Assembly (NCBI GenBank): GCA_000990585.1
Contig: LBQD01000001.1
Coordinates: 141,501-205,500 of the forward strand
Reading direction: 5' to 3'
Length of the DNA stretch: 64,000 nucleotides
DNA from: Candidatus Moranbacteria bacterium GW2011_GWE2_35_2-
GTDB lineage: Bacteria > Patescibacteriota > Minisyncoccia > Moranbacterales > UBA9337
Shown: in pieces, positions 28,013 through 37,693 of the stretch
Numbering within the stretch: the first letter of the stretch is position 1
How the letters are laid out: every line of letters starts with the position of its first letter
The notes under the pieces: generated by a model
Databases searched by the model: none
What the model was told of the DNA's origin: nothing
The model's input: only the letters and a program-made list of their open reading frames with translations
Program-made: the position numbers and the translations under genes

Positions 28013-28963
28013 TTAAAATCCTACCAACTGCACTTCCTCTTGAAGCTGAACGCCAAACCTTGTTCGAACTTTCTGTTTAATTAAACTACTCAAAATTATC
28101 ACATCTTCCGCGGTGGCATCTCCAGTGTTAATAATAAAATTTGCATGCTTTTCGCTCACCTGCGCGCCACCGATTTTTTTTCCCTTTAAACCGACCTGTT
28201 CAATTAACCATCCAGCGGGAATTTTTCTATCTGAATTTTTCACCCCTGTTTCTTTTTCGAATTCTTGGATGATTTTTTCATTTTTAACAAATGGATTTTT
28301 AAAAAAGCTTCCAGCACTCGGATATTTCGGCTGTTTTTTAATTCTTTTCCGAACAATTTCCTTTATTTTAGTATTACTCACTTCAGTGTTTCCTTGTTTC
28401 AAATTCATTATGACAGAAAGTATTATCCAACCGGTATCTTCTTTAAAAATACTGTTTCTATATGAAAATTTACAATCTTCCTTTTTTAGCTTGATAATTT
28501 TCGACTCTGTATTAAAAATTTTCACCGCTCGCACCGAAACAATATTTTGTGCTATTTCTCCGCCAAAAGCCCCTGCATTTCCTCGTACCGCCCCGCCAAC
28601 TGTTCCGGGAATTCCCATCGCCCATTCCAATCCAGTAAGGCTATTTTTAACCGATTCAATGACTAGCTTTGAAATGGCAATACTCGCCCCGCATGTTATA
28701 TTTGTATCTTGTATCTTGTATCTTGTATCTTGTAATTTAATCACCATCCCGTCAAATCCTTTGTCGCTCACTAGGATATTCGATCCTCCGCCTAAAATGA
28801 AATATTCAAGATTATTTTCTTTGGCATATTCCAAAGCCTCAATCAATTCTTCCTCGTTTTTTACCTCAACAAAAAACCTCGCCGGTCCGCCGATTTTAAA
28901 AGTAGTATACGGTGCCAAAAGCACATCTTTTTGAATTTTAATTTGCATTTTCATCTTTTTCAA
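28013..28963 (-). CDS. murB: UDP-N-acetylenolpyruvoylglucosamine reductase
   Basis: FAD-binding ILGGGSNIL and the C-terminal MurB domain GGAQVSEKHANFIIN. Contains a 7-nt tandem repeat. Confidence 0.85.
   Translation of the reverse strand: MKKMKMQIKIQKDVLLAPYTTFKIGGPARFFVEVKNEEELIEALEYAKENNLEYFILGGGSNILVSDKGFDGMVIKLQDTRYKIQDTNITCGASIAISKLVIESVKNSLTGLEWAMGIPGTVGGAVRGNAGAFGGEIAQNIVSVRAVKIFNTESKIIKLKKEDCKFSYRNSIFKEDTGWIILSVIMNLKQGNTEVSNTKIKEIVRKRIKKQPKYPSAGSFFKNPFVKNEKIIQEFEKETGVKNSDRKIPAGWLIEQVGLKGKKIGGAQVSEKHANFIINTGDATAEDVIILSSLIKQKVRTRFGVQLQEEVQLVGF
28712..28746. repeat. Heptanucleotide tandem repeat (TTGTATC x4 plus a partial unit) inside murB
   Basis: The minus-sense ACAAGAT units translate as KLQDTRYKIQDT. 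Confidence 0.6.
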
Positions 28964-29040
28964 TTATACCACACAAAAAATCAGCCTTCCGAATCAATTT
29001 TCATATTTTCCAAGATAAATAATTAATGCAAACCGCTAAG

Positions 29041-29346
29041 CTAATTAAATATCAGTATTTTCTCACTTACAAACAAAAATAATAGGTACAAAAATGCGCA
29101 GTTTTGGAGGATTAGTATCGGGATACCGATTAAAAAATACCATTTTCGGCTTTTGTGGCGGAAGGCAAACATTCCGGCATACACCCCGACACTGCCAAAG
29201 GCTGCAGCCAGAAAAAACAACATCCCTTCTGAAATTCTTTCCGCCCCCGACTTTTTTGACTTGACCTTGTCCAAAAACATCACCAAAAAAGCCAGCAAAT
29301 TAACTGCCAAAAAAAATACTATCAAAAAAAGAAACCGATCGCTCAT
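29041..29346 (-). CDS. DUF1294-family small membrane protein
   Basis: Two TM helices flanking RISEGMLFFLAAAFGSVGVYAGMFAFRHKSRK, the conserved DUF1294 core. Confidence 0.5.
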   Translation of the reverse strand: MSDRFLFLIVFFLAVNLLAFLVMFLDKVKSKKSGAERISEGMLFFLAAAFGSVGVYAGMFAFRHKSRKWYFLIGIPILILQNCAFLYLLFLFVSEKILIFN

Positions 29347-30719
29347 TTATTATCTATTATTTTTCCTGCTAATTCATGCGTTACTTTCCAAACATCTCCG
29401 GCACCAATGGAGATCAGAACATCTTTACTGGAAAGTTTATCTTTGAAAAATTCAACCGCTTCGGGGATTGTGGGAATTAGCTTGGCTTTTTCCGGAAAAT
29501 ACCTATTAATTTGATCGACTAGATTTTGCGAACTTATATTACCTTTTTCTTCTCGGGCACTGCCATAAATATCCAAAACAAAAACATTATCAGCGTCATC
29601 AAAACTTTGTGCGAAATCGGGAAGCAAAGCCTCGGTGCGTGTGAAAGAATGCGGATGAAAAAGTGCGATGATATTTTTTTTGTCATATAATCCGCGTGCG
29701 GATTTGAGCATTGCCTTGATTTCTTCCGGGTGATGCGCGTAATCATCGATTAAAATCGCACCATTTTTTTTTCCGATATATTCAAATCTGCGAGCAGTGC
29801 CTTTGAAAGAGCGCAAAGCATTCGCCACTTCTTTCATATTTAAATTCAATCGATAGCAAACCGAAATAGCCGCCGCGGCATTAAGCAAATTATAATCTCC
29901 TGGTAGTCCGATTTCAAATTCTCTTATTGTTTTCTTTTTATGAATGATTGAAAAATTGCGCATTTTTTTCTCTTCATTCCATGGTTTTTTATTCATAATC
30001 CTAAAATCATTTCCTTCTAGAAATCCGTATGTTGAAATTTTGCACACCGCTGAAAGAGCGATATTTCCTGCCACTGCACTGTCTCCATAGACAACCAGGA
30101 ATCCATGGCGGGGAATCCTGGATACAAAATTGGAAAAAACTTGCCGATATTGCAATTCAGTCGGATAAAAATCCGGATGATCCCAATCAACACTAGTTAG
30201 AACTACAGCATATGGATCGTAGTATTTTAATTTATTTTGATACTCATCCGCTTCAATAATAAAATAATCCCCTTTTCCGGAAATCGAATTTCCACCCCAA
30301 TTCAAAACTCGACTGCCAACAACAGCACTCGGATCTTGTCCGATTTCATTGAGAATATGTGCAATTATTGCGGTAGTAGTTGTTTTTCCGTGAGTTCCGC
30401 AAACGGCGATTCCCAATTTTTGATTGAAAAGTTCTGCTAATGCTTCTGGATACGAAAGCATTCGTAAATCTTTTTTTCGCGCTTCAATTATTTCCGGATT
30501 ATCATCCTTGATAGAAGTGGAAAAAACCACTAAATCAATTTCGTTTGCGATATTTTTTGCTGAATATTCGTCAAAAACTTCGATTCCTTTTTTTGAAAGA
30601 CTTGTGCGATAAAAATGATCACCGTTATCAGATCCGGAAACCGCATATCCCAAATCAAAATACATTTCCGCTAATGCTGAAGTTCCCGCTCCTTCAATAC
30701 CGATAATATAAATTTTCAT
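29343..30719 (-). CDS. murC: UDP-N-acetylmuramate--L-alanine ligase
   Basis: Mur ligase P-loop GTHGKTTTTA. N-terminal MKIYIIGIEGAGTSALAE. Typical MurC length. Confidence 0.85.
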   Translation of the reverse strand: MKIYIIGIEGAGTSALAEMYFDLGYAVSGSDNGDHFYRTSLSKKGIEVFDEYSAKNIANEIDLVVFSTSIKDDNPEIIEARKKDLRMLSYPEALAELFNQKLGIAVCGTHGKTTTTAIIAHILNEIGQDPSAVVGSRVLNWGGNSISGKGDYFIIEADEYQNKLKYYDPYAVVLTSVDWDHPDFYPTELQYRQVFSNFVSRIPRHGFLVVYGDSAVAGNIALSAVCKISTYGFLEGNDFRIMNKKPWNEEKKMRNFSIIHKKKTIREFEIGLPGDYNLLNAAAAISVCYRLNLNMKEVANALRSFKGTARRFEYIGKKNGAILIDDYAHHPEEIKAMLKSARGLYDKKNIIALFHPHSFTRTEALLPDFAQSFDDADNVFVLDIYGSAREEKGNISSQNLVDQINRYFPEKAKLIPTIPEAVEFFKDKLSSKDVLISIGAGDVWKVTHELAGKIIDNK

Positions 30720-30740
30720 AAATTCTATTAGTTATTAGCC

Positions 30741-31850
30741 CTATTGATTTATCATTGCTTCGATTCCTTCTACAATTTTTTCTGCAGCGTCGGGATGGTA
30801 GAATGTTCGAATATTTTCTGACATTTTTTGATACATTTCTTTATCAGCTAAAATTGATTGTATTTTTTTTATTAAAATATGCTCTCCTAAATTGGATTCT
30901 TCTAACATTATTGCTGCATCAATCTCCACTAAACGATAAGCATTCATTCTTTGGTGATCATTGGCGGCGGTGGAAAGCGGAATTAGAATTGAAGGGATGC
31001 CGTTTGCCGCAATTTCTGCAATTGAATTGGCGCCGGCTCGACTCACTGCTAAGCCAGCCAAAGAAAGACAATTGCGCATATCATCGAAATTTAAAAAGGG
31101 AACAGCTGTATATCCTTCTCGGGAATTTTTTATTCCTTCTTTTGCTGCCAAATGTAAAACGTCTTCAAAATTATTTTCTCCTGTTTGATGAATTATTTGG
31201 ACCGTTTCTAAGATATCCGGAAGTGCTTCAATAATCGCTTTGTTGATTATTTGCGAACCCTGACTCCCGCCCAAAGCCAAAAGCACCGGCTTTTCTCCTC
31301 TGATATTAAATTTCTCTCTAGCTGCATCTTTATTACCGGCATTAATTTCATTGCGGATTGGATTTCCAGTAAGCAGAACTTTTGAGGATTGAAAAAATTT
31401 CTCCGCCGACGGATATGAAATAGCTACTCGTTTGGAAAATTTTTCTAAGAACTGATTAGCAATGCCCGGAATAGCATCTGATTCGTGAATCAAAACAGGA
31501 ATACGATAGACCCATGCCGCCAAAACAACTGGTACTGAAGCATATCCGCCTTTGGCAAAAATCGCATCCGGCATTTCCCAAAGTAAAATCCAAAGCGCTT
31601 TGAAAAATCCAAATGGTGTTTTGAAAAAATCAATAAAATTTAAGAACGAAAAATATCTGCGAACCTTTCCTCCGGAAACTTTTCTCATGCGTATCCCTTC
31701 TTTATTCATCACATTTTCCTCCAACTTTCCGCTTGGTCCGATAAAAAGCAAATCAATTTCCTGTTTATATTTTTCTTTTAATTTTTCAGCAACCGCCACT
31801 AAGGGAAAAATATGTCCTCCGGTTCCGCCTCCTGTTAATACAATTTTCAT
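30741..31850 (-). CDS. murG: UDP-GlcNAc:lipid I N-acetylglucosaminyltransferase
   Basis: N-terminal GGGTGGHIFP and GGSQGS motifs of MurG (GT28). Confidence 0.85.
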   Translation of the reverse strand: MKIVLTGGGTGGHIFPLVAVAEKLKEKYKQEIDLLFIGPSGKLEENVMNKEGIRMRKVSGGKVRRYFSFLNFIDFFKTPFGFFKALWILLWEMPDAIFAKGGYASVPVVLAAWVYRIPVLIHESDAIPGIANQFLEKFSKRVAISYPSAEKFFQSSKVLLTGNPIRNEINAGNKDAAREKFNIRGEKPVLLALGGSQGSQIINKAIIEALPDILETVQIIHQTGENNFEDVLHLAAKEGIKNSREGYTAVPFLNFDDMRNCLSLAGLAVSRAGANSIAEIAANGIPSILIPLSTAANDHQRMNAYRLVEIDAAIMLEESNLGEHILIKKIQSILADKEMYQKMSENIRTFYHPDAAEKIVEGIEAMINQ

Positions 31851-32992
31851 ATTTTGGTTTGTTTAGATATATTAAGTAAAATTCCCGCCCCTGCCATCAA
31901 AAAAATAAGCGAAGTTCCTCCATAACTTACAAACGGCAAAGGAATACCTGTAAGTGGAATTATACCAGAAATAGCCGCAATGTTAATAAACGCTTGGAAA
32001 ACAATCCAGGAGGTAATTCCCACTGCCATTAATTTTCCGAATTCATCCGGAGCATTCTTGGCAATTCGATATCCTCGAAAAGCCACCACAACAAATAGCA
32101 GAATCAAAAAGATTGCTCCGACTAATCCAAGCTCTTCTCCAATAACGGCAAAAATCGAATCGCCAATCGGCTCCGGTAAATAATTGAATTTCTGTCGGCT
32201 ATGTCCTAATCCAAGACCGAAAATTCCCCCGGATCCGATTGCCAAAAGAGCTTGATTTATTTGATAGCCAATTCCTTGAGGGTCCACTTCCGGATTCATA
32301 AACGTCAACAAACGATTCATTCGATAGGGTTCGATTTTTATTAAAATCATAAGCCCTGTTAAAGCGGCAATTATTAGTCCGAAAATATGAGAGAGTCTTG
32401 CTCCGGAAACAAAGAAAATTGACATTGCAATCATAATTATTGCACCCATAGTTCCTGTGTCTGGTTGTTTGATAACTAAAAAACTAATTATCCCTAAAAT
32501 TCCTAAAAACGGGAAAAGCCCTTCGTAGATATCCTTAATCTTTTGTTTTCCTTTGCTTTCAAACCATACAGCCAAATAAATTATCAAGGATATTTTTGCC
32601 ATTTCGGAAGGCTGAAAAGATATTGGACCTAGATTAATCCATCGATTTGCGCCATACACTTCCGAACCTATTCCTGGAACAAAAACCAATATTAAAAAAA
32701 ATAATGAACCAATTATTGCCGGAAAAGCCATTTTTTTCCAAAAATGATAATCTGTTCTTTGAAAAAAATATAAAATCAAAAGTCCGGGAATAAATCCATA
32801 CAGAAGTTGATGTTTGAAAAAATATCCCGATTCCCCAAACCGTGTTTTGGAATAAATAACACCAGCACTGGCAATCATAACCAAGCCGAAAACTGTTAGA
32901 GTCAGAATCGCAGAAAGTAATTTCTTGTCTATTTTTTTATTTTTCATTTGATTTTTCTTTTCTCCATTTTTCAATTTCAGCGTGATTTCCAC
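31847..32992 (-). CDS. ftsW: SEDS-family peptidoglycan glycosyltransferase (FtsW/RodA)
   Basis: 10-TM SEDS architecture. Lies in the murG-murC-murB cluster. Confidence 0.8.
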   Translation of the reverse strand: MEITLKLKNGEKKNQMKNKKIDKKLLSAILTLTVFGLVMIASAGVIYSKTRFGESGYFFKHQLLYGFIPGLLILYFFQRTDYHFWKKMAFPAIIGSLFFLILVFVPGIGSEVYGANRWINLGPISFQPSEMAKISLIIYLAVWFESKGKQKIKDIYEGLFPFLGILGIISFLVIKQPDTGTMGAIIMIAMSIFFVSGARLSHIFGLIIAALTGLMILIKIEPYRMNRLLTFMNPEVDPQGIGYQINQALLAIGSGGIFGLGLGHSRQKFNYLPEPIGDSIFAVIGEELGLVGAIFLILLFVVVAFRGYRIAKNAPDEFGKLMAVGITSWIVFQAFINIAAISGIIPLTGIPLPFVSYGGTSLIFLMAGAGILLNISKQTKI

Positions 32993-33725
32993 TCAACAGA
33001 ACATTGGGAACTTTCCAGCTCCTTCCATCAGAAACAGATTTCCCTTCGGGAAAAAATTCTTCCGGTTTGGTATATTGTGGATATTCGTAAATCTTCTTAA
33101 AACTTTCAATTTCACAAGAAGATTTAGTATTCTGATTTTGCGTCAAAGCTGTCATACTGAAACTTTCTTCTATTAGTGATTTCGGATTACCAAGAACTCC
33201 GGGAATTAATCGCGTAATTGAATCAATAACAACCATCGCCGGAAGTTCTCCTCCAGTAAGAACATAATCTCCGATGGAAATTTCTTCATCTGCAATATGC
33301 TCCGCCACTCTTTCATCCACACCTTCATACCGTCCGCAAATCATTATGATAATTTTATATTGGGATAATCTGACCGCATCTTGTTGAGTATATCTCTTGC
33401 CCTTAGCGGAAAATAACACGGTTATTGTATCTTTTTGATTCTTAACTTCTGATCCTTTTTTCTGTTTAATTGCATTGACACAATCAAAAATTGGCTTCAC
33501 TTTCATCACCATTCCCGCACCTCCTCCATACGGAGTATCATCAACTGTTCGATGCTTGTCGGTGGTATAATTACGAAGGTTATGAGTGTTTATTTTGATC
33601 AGATTGTTATTTAATGCTCTTTTTATTATAGACGTGCCAAAATAAGCACAAGAATTTTCATCAGAGGTGGATCCTCCTTGGGCGGAAAAAATTTGCGGAA
33701 AAATTGTAATAATATCAAAAGTCAT
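32937..33725 (-). CDS. trmD: tRNA (guanine37-N1)-methyltransferase TrmD. The track ORF is N-terminally over-extended, and the likely start is MTFDIITIFP at 33725.
   Basis: SPOUT knot motifs CGRYEGVDERV and GGELPAMVVIDSITRLIPGVLG. Confidence 0.85.
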   Translation of the reverse strand: MTFDIITIFPQIFSAQGGSTSDENSCAYFGTSIIKRALNNNLIKINTHNLRNYTTDKHRTVDDTPYGGGAGMVMKVKPIFDCVNAIKQKKGSEVKNQKDTITVLFSAKGKRYTQQDAVRLSQYKIIIMICGRYEGVDERVAEHIADEEISIGDYVLTGGELPAMVVIDSITRLIPGVLGNPKSLIEESFSMTALTQNQNTKSSCEIESFKKIYEYPQYTKPEEFFPEGKSVSDGRSWKVPNVLLSGNHAEIEKWRKEKSNEK

Positions 33726-33846
33726 TTTGTTAATAAAGTATGTACAAATTTTATTTATACTATATATTTCGCATAACTTCATTTTAACATTTTTAAAGAA
33801 AATAAAAAAGTGCAAACTTGCGCGCACCTCATAATTAATTCTTAGT

Positions 33847-34086
33847 TCACTTTTTTGGCACCGGATCGTATCCCCCGTCATTCCATGGGTGGCAGCGGAT
33901 TATTCTTTTTAAACCAATCCAACCGCCTTTTATAATCCCAAATCGATCTATTGCTTGATAGGTGTATTCTGAACAAGTCGGATGAAAACGACAAAAACGT
34001 TCCGAAATTAACCAACTAAAAATACCCTGATCGGGAGAAAAAACCCGTTGATATAATCTGATTAAAAACAAAAAAAATTTTTTCAT
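33847..34086 (-). CDS. yidD: Membrane protein insertion efficiency factor YidD
   Basis: FHPTCSEYTYQAIDRFGIIKGGWIGLKRIIRCHPWNDGGYDPVP matches the YidD family almost motif-for-motif. Confidence 0.8.
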   Translation of the reverse strand: MKKFFLFLIRLYQRVFSPDQGIFSWLISERFCRFHPTCSEYTYQAIDRFGIIKGGWIGLKRIIRCHPWNDGGYDPVPKK

Positions 34087-34134
34087 ATACCAATCCTATT
34101 TCCCATTTCTTCTTTTGTCAATAATATACTTTGA

Positions 34135-35085
34135 GTGTATAATATATCTGAAAATCAAAATAATATAGAAATAAAAATGCGCAACGTAAAATTCAAAAAT
34201 TTAACATGGATTGATTTTGACAACCCTACCGCAGATGACGTTGACTATTTACGGGAAAATTTTAATATTCACCCTATTCCAATTGAAGAATTTATTACTC
34301 CAACTATTCGCCCCAAAGCGACTCAATACAATAACTGTCTTTTTTTGACCGTGCACATTCCTCTTTTTGAAACCAAAAACCGCACAATCTATACCGGTGA
34401 GCTGGATATTATCCTAACGAAAGATCATCTGATTACCGGTCATAAATACGACATATTCCAATTGACATCCTTTTTTGATTCACTGAAGAAAAGCGAAGGA
34501 AAACGTCGCTTATATATGAGCCAAACCCCATCTCATCTACTTTATCAGATTTTGGAAATATTGATTGATTCTTGTTTTCCCAGATTGCAACATATTTCTG
34601 ATACGCTTGCCAAAATTGAAAAAAATGTTTTTAATGGAATGGAAAAGGATATGGTATATGAAATTTCTGTTATCAAGCGCGATACCTTGAATTTCCGCCG
34701 CGCTCTCAAACCGCAAAGATCAATTCTTGAATCGCTAGTGCAAATGAATTCTCCATGGATCGACTCGTCGATAAGACCTTATTATTCAGACTTGATTGGA
34801 ACAAATATCCGCCTCTGGAGCACACTGGAAAGCATTAAGGAAACGATTGAATCATTAGAGGACACAAATAATTCTCTTTTATCCAACAAATTGGATTTCA
34901 CGATGAAAGTCCTTACAATTTTTTCTGCTGTAATGCTTCCAATGACTGTATATTCAAATATTTTGGCAATGAGCGCTGATATTCCCTTCGGAAACAATCC
35001 TTATGGATTCTGGATCCATATCGGAATAATGGGGATGATTTCCTTGTTTACTATTATTTTGTTTAAAACTAAAAAGTGGATTTAA
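34135..35085 (+). CDS. corA: CorA-family divalent cation transporter, with the canonical GMN motif replaced by AMS
   Basis: CorA cytoplasmic domain followed by two C-terminal TM helices. The loop reads YSNILAMSADIP where the YGMNFxxMPEL motif is expected. Confidence 0.6.
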   Translation: MYNISENQNNIEIKMRNVKFKNLTWIDFDNPTADDVDYLRENFNIHPIPIEEFITPTIRPKATQYNNCLFLTVHIPLFETKNRTIYTGELDIILTKDHLITGHKYDIFQLTSFFDSLKKSEGKRRLYMSQTPSHLLYQILEILIDSCFPRLQHISDTLAKIEKNVFNGMEKDMVYEISVIKRDTLNFRRALKPQRSILESLVQMNSPWIDSSIRPYYSDLIGTNIRLWSTLESIKETIESLEDTNNSLLSNKLDFTMKVLTIFSAVMLPMTVYSNILAMSADIPFGNNPYGFWIHIGIMGMISLFTIILFKTKKWI

Positions 35086-35090
35086 AATAA

Positions 35091-35182
35091 GAAATAGGAA
35101 TTAGGAGTTAAAAGTTAAGATTTTTTACTTATATACATATATGAAAAATATAATTCCTAATTCCTAATTCTTAATTTTATTT
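35091..35182. repeat. AT-rich inverted-repeat element between corA and cysS, related to the AATTAG(G/A)AATTAG motif family. It may also act as the corA terminator.
   Basis: Arms are GAAATAGGAATTAGGAGTTAAAAGTTAAG and TAATTCCTAATTCCTAATTCTTAATTTTA around a ~30-bp spacer. Confidence 0.4.
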
Positions 35183-35187
35183 TTAAA

Positions 35188-36618
35188 ATGCTTTTATATA
35201 ACACACTCACTAAGCAAAAAGAAGAATTTAAATCGATAAATCCAGGAAAAATCGGAATGTATGTTTGTGGTCCAACTGTCTACGATTATATTCACATCGG
35301 AAATATCCGCGCCTATTTAAACGCGGATACCTTACGTCGATATTTGGAATATATCGGATATGAGGTGCGGCTAATTAAGAATATCACCGACGTCGGTCAT
35401 CTTACTGGAGATGATATTAATCAAGGAGATAGTGGCGAAGACAAGCTTGCCAAGAAATCACTGAAAGAAAAAAAATCCCCGAAAGAAATAGCCGAATTTT
35501 ACGAAAAATATTTCAAAGAAACAGAAAAAGAAATGAATATTTTGCCAGCTAGCTATTTTCCAAAAGCTACTGCGCATATCGAGCAGATGATTAAAATAAT
35601 CAATGGATTGATCAAAAAGGGATTTGCTTATGAAAAAAATGGAAATGTGTTTTTTGATATTGAGAAATTTTCCCAATATGGAAAGCTTTCTGGAAATACA
35701 TTGGAAAATCTCAAAATCGGAGCTCGCCTCGAAGAGCATCCGGACAAAAAAAATCCGTGGGATTTCGCCCTTTGGCTTAAAGCTCCTGAAAAACATCTAA
35801 TGCGATGGGAATCTCCTTGGTCAGTTGGATATCCAGGATGGCACATTGAGTGTAGTGCGATGAGTACGGAGTATTTAGGTGAAACTATCGATATTCATAC
35901 CGGAGGAGAAGATAATATTTTTCCTCATCACGAAGCAGAGATCGCTCAAACAGAATGCTATACTGGAAAAAAATTTGTAAATTATTGGATTCATGTCAGA
36001 CATTTGCTTGTTAATGGAGAAAAAATGTCAAAATCCAAGAAAAATTTTTACATTCTTGGTGATATAAAAGAAAAAGGATTCAACGCAATGACACTTCGCT
36101 TACTTTTATTATCTTCTCACTATCGATCGAATCTTAATTTTACATGGAAAGGAATGAATCAGGCTAAGGTAAATTTGCAAAAAATTTCAGATTTTGTTTT
36201 GAATCTTGAAATTATGGCAGCGCAAGATTTGGATATAGAAATCTCCGCTAAAATTCCGCTTGATGAATTTCAAAAACGTTTTGAAAGCGCAATGAATGAT
36301 GATCTTAATGCCCCGTTGGCGTTAAGCGTGTTATATGAACTTATTAATGAAGTAAATAAATTAACTTCTGCACAAAGATTGCCTTCAAAAAAATCTCAGG
36401 AAATTCTTTCGCTTTGGGAAAAAATGAATTCTGTTTTTGGATTTAAACTTAACGGTCAAGCAGAAATTCCTGAGGAAATTTTAGAATTAGCGAAAAAACG
36501 CCAGCATTCACGTCAAGAAAAAAAATTTCAAGAAGCAGACAATTTTCGCAAAAATATTGAAGAAAAGGGATACTTAGTGGAAGATACCGGTACAGGCTTT
36601 AATATAAAGAAAAAATAA
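35188..36618 (+). CDS. cysS: Cysteinyl-tRNA synthetase
   Basis: CGPTVYDYIHIGN (HIGH) and KMSKSKKNF (KMSKS). The zinc-binding Cys/His are present. Confidence 0.9.
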   Translation: MLLYNTLTKQKEEFKSINPGKIGMYVCGPTVYDYIHIGNIRAYLNADTLRRYLEYIGYEVRLIKNITDVGHLTGDDINQGDSGEDKLAKKSLKEKKSPKEIAEFYEKYFKETEKEMNILPASYFPKATAHIEQMIKIINGLIKKGFAYEKNGNVFFDIEKFSQYGKLSGNTLENLKIGARLEEHPDKKNPWDFALWLKAPEKHLMRWESPWSVGYPGWHIECSAMSTEYLGETIDIHTGGEDNIFPHHEAEIAQTECYTGKKFVNYWIHVRHLLVNGEKMSKSKKNFYILGDIKEKGFNAMTLRLLLLSSHYRSNLNFTWKGMNQAKVNLQKISDFVLNLEIMAAQDLDIEISAKIPLDEFQKRFESAMNDDLNAPLALSVLYELINEVNKLTSAQRLPSKKSQEILSLWEKMNSVFGFKLNGQAEIPEEILELAKKRQHSRQEKKFQEADNFRKNIEEKGYLVEDTGTGFNIKKK

Positions 36619-36620
36619 TT

Positions 36621-37253
36621 ATGCAAATCATTACTATTTCAGGATTGGATGGATCCGGAAAATCCACTCAGATTCAAATGCTCAAAACTTATCTTGAATC
36701 GCAAGGCAAGCAGGTTTTTTATTTTCATGCCATCGAATTTGGAATTGCCACCAAATTGGCGGAATTAAAGAAAAAATATTGCTTGATTTGTAAAATAAAA
36801 GGGCTATGTCAGATTAAACCATATATCAAAAAAAGTATCACGAAAGCCAATTGGATTCAAATTCAGCTTCGCAAAATATTTTTAAAAATTGATATTTTCA
36901 GATTTGAAAAATTAAAGCGTAAATTGGAAAGCCGAAATTTTGATTATATTCTCAGTGACCGATTTTTTTATGATAGTGTGATTAACATTCAATATCTTTT
37001 GAAAAATTTTGATGCGGAAAATTTGAAAAATTATAAAATCGAGCAACCGTTTCTGGGAATTTATCTTGCAGCTGATCCGAAAATTATTATGAATCGCCAA
37101 CGCAAGCCTGACCAAGGAGTGGAATATCTCAAGGAAAAAAGATCTTTGTATGACGCGGCGGCAAAAATTTGGGATCTAAAAATAATCGATGGAAACAAGG
37201 ATAAAAATGTTATTTTTGAAGAAATTAAAAATATAACAAAAATGGAAACATAA
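36621..37253 (+). CDS. Thymidylate kinase-like P-loop nucleotide kinase, with an internal insertion
   Basis: ITISGLDGSGKSTQ P-loop and an SDRFFYDSVI (DRY-like) motif. A ~40-aa Cys-containing insert lies between them. Confidence 0.55.
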   Translation: MQIITISGLDGSGKSTQIQMLKTYLESQGKQVFYFHAIEFGIATKLAELKKKYCLICKIKGLCQIKPYIKKSITKANWIQIQLRKIFLKIDIFRFEKLKRKLESRNFDYILSDRFFYDSVINIQYLLKNFDAENLKNYKIEQPFLGIYLAADPKIIMNRQRKPDQGVEYLKEKRSLYDAAAKIWDLKIIDGNKDKNVIFEEIKNITKMET

Positions 37254-37313
37254 AAAAAACAGACCGCCCCATGCATTGCAAGGAAACGGTCTGCTGTCGA
37301 TTACGGATTGCTC

Positions 37314-37673
37314 TTATTGGATATTTCTTTTAAAAACCAGAAACGACATTAAAAGAGAAACCCAAAATATTGCCACGAACGCAACCGCCCAACCCAACAT
37401 TATTACCATTTCCTTATTAAGTCCATTGAACTTGTCTAGGAAATGATACACTGGGATAATCGTATCGCAGATAAGCGGAATACTGGAAAGGGCAATTATT
37501 GGAAGAAACATCTGTTGCAGAATTTTCTCCATAAAAAAGCAAACTATCAATAAGGACATCAACAATAATAACATTTCTATGCCCTCTATTCCTAACACTT
37601 CTATCATCTCTCCTCCCCCTCCTAATGATTTTGATAAAAAGAACTGCCAATTTAAATAACCACAGTATTTCAT
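37314..37673 (-). CDS. Hypothetical small membrane protein
   Basis: Three hydrophobic segments. No motif recognised. Confidence 0.3.
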   Translation of the reverse strand: MKYCGYLNWQFFLSKSLGGGGEMIEVLGIEGIEMLLLLMSLLIVCFFMEKILQQMFLPIIALSSIPLICDTIIPVYHFLDKFNGLNKEMVIMLGWAVAFVAIFWVSLLMSFLVFKRNIQ

Positions 37674-37693
37674 ATTAAGATAATATCAAAAAA

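Noticed and set aside
12755-28746. Short tandem repeats as possible CRISPR arrays
   Set aside because: The units are 7 nt with no spacers, and they lie inside coding sequences. No repeat-spacer architecture or cas genes occur anywhere in the window.
28113-28934. 273-aa plus-strand ORF
   Set aside because: It is entirely antisense to murB, which has clear FAD-binding motifs. The long ORF comes from AT-rich codon bias.
30755-31234. 159-aa plus-strand ORF
   Set aside because: It is antisense to murG and has no motif.
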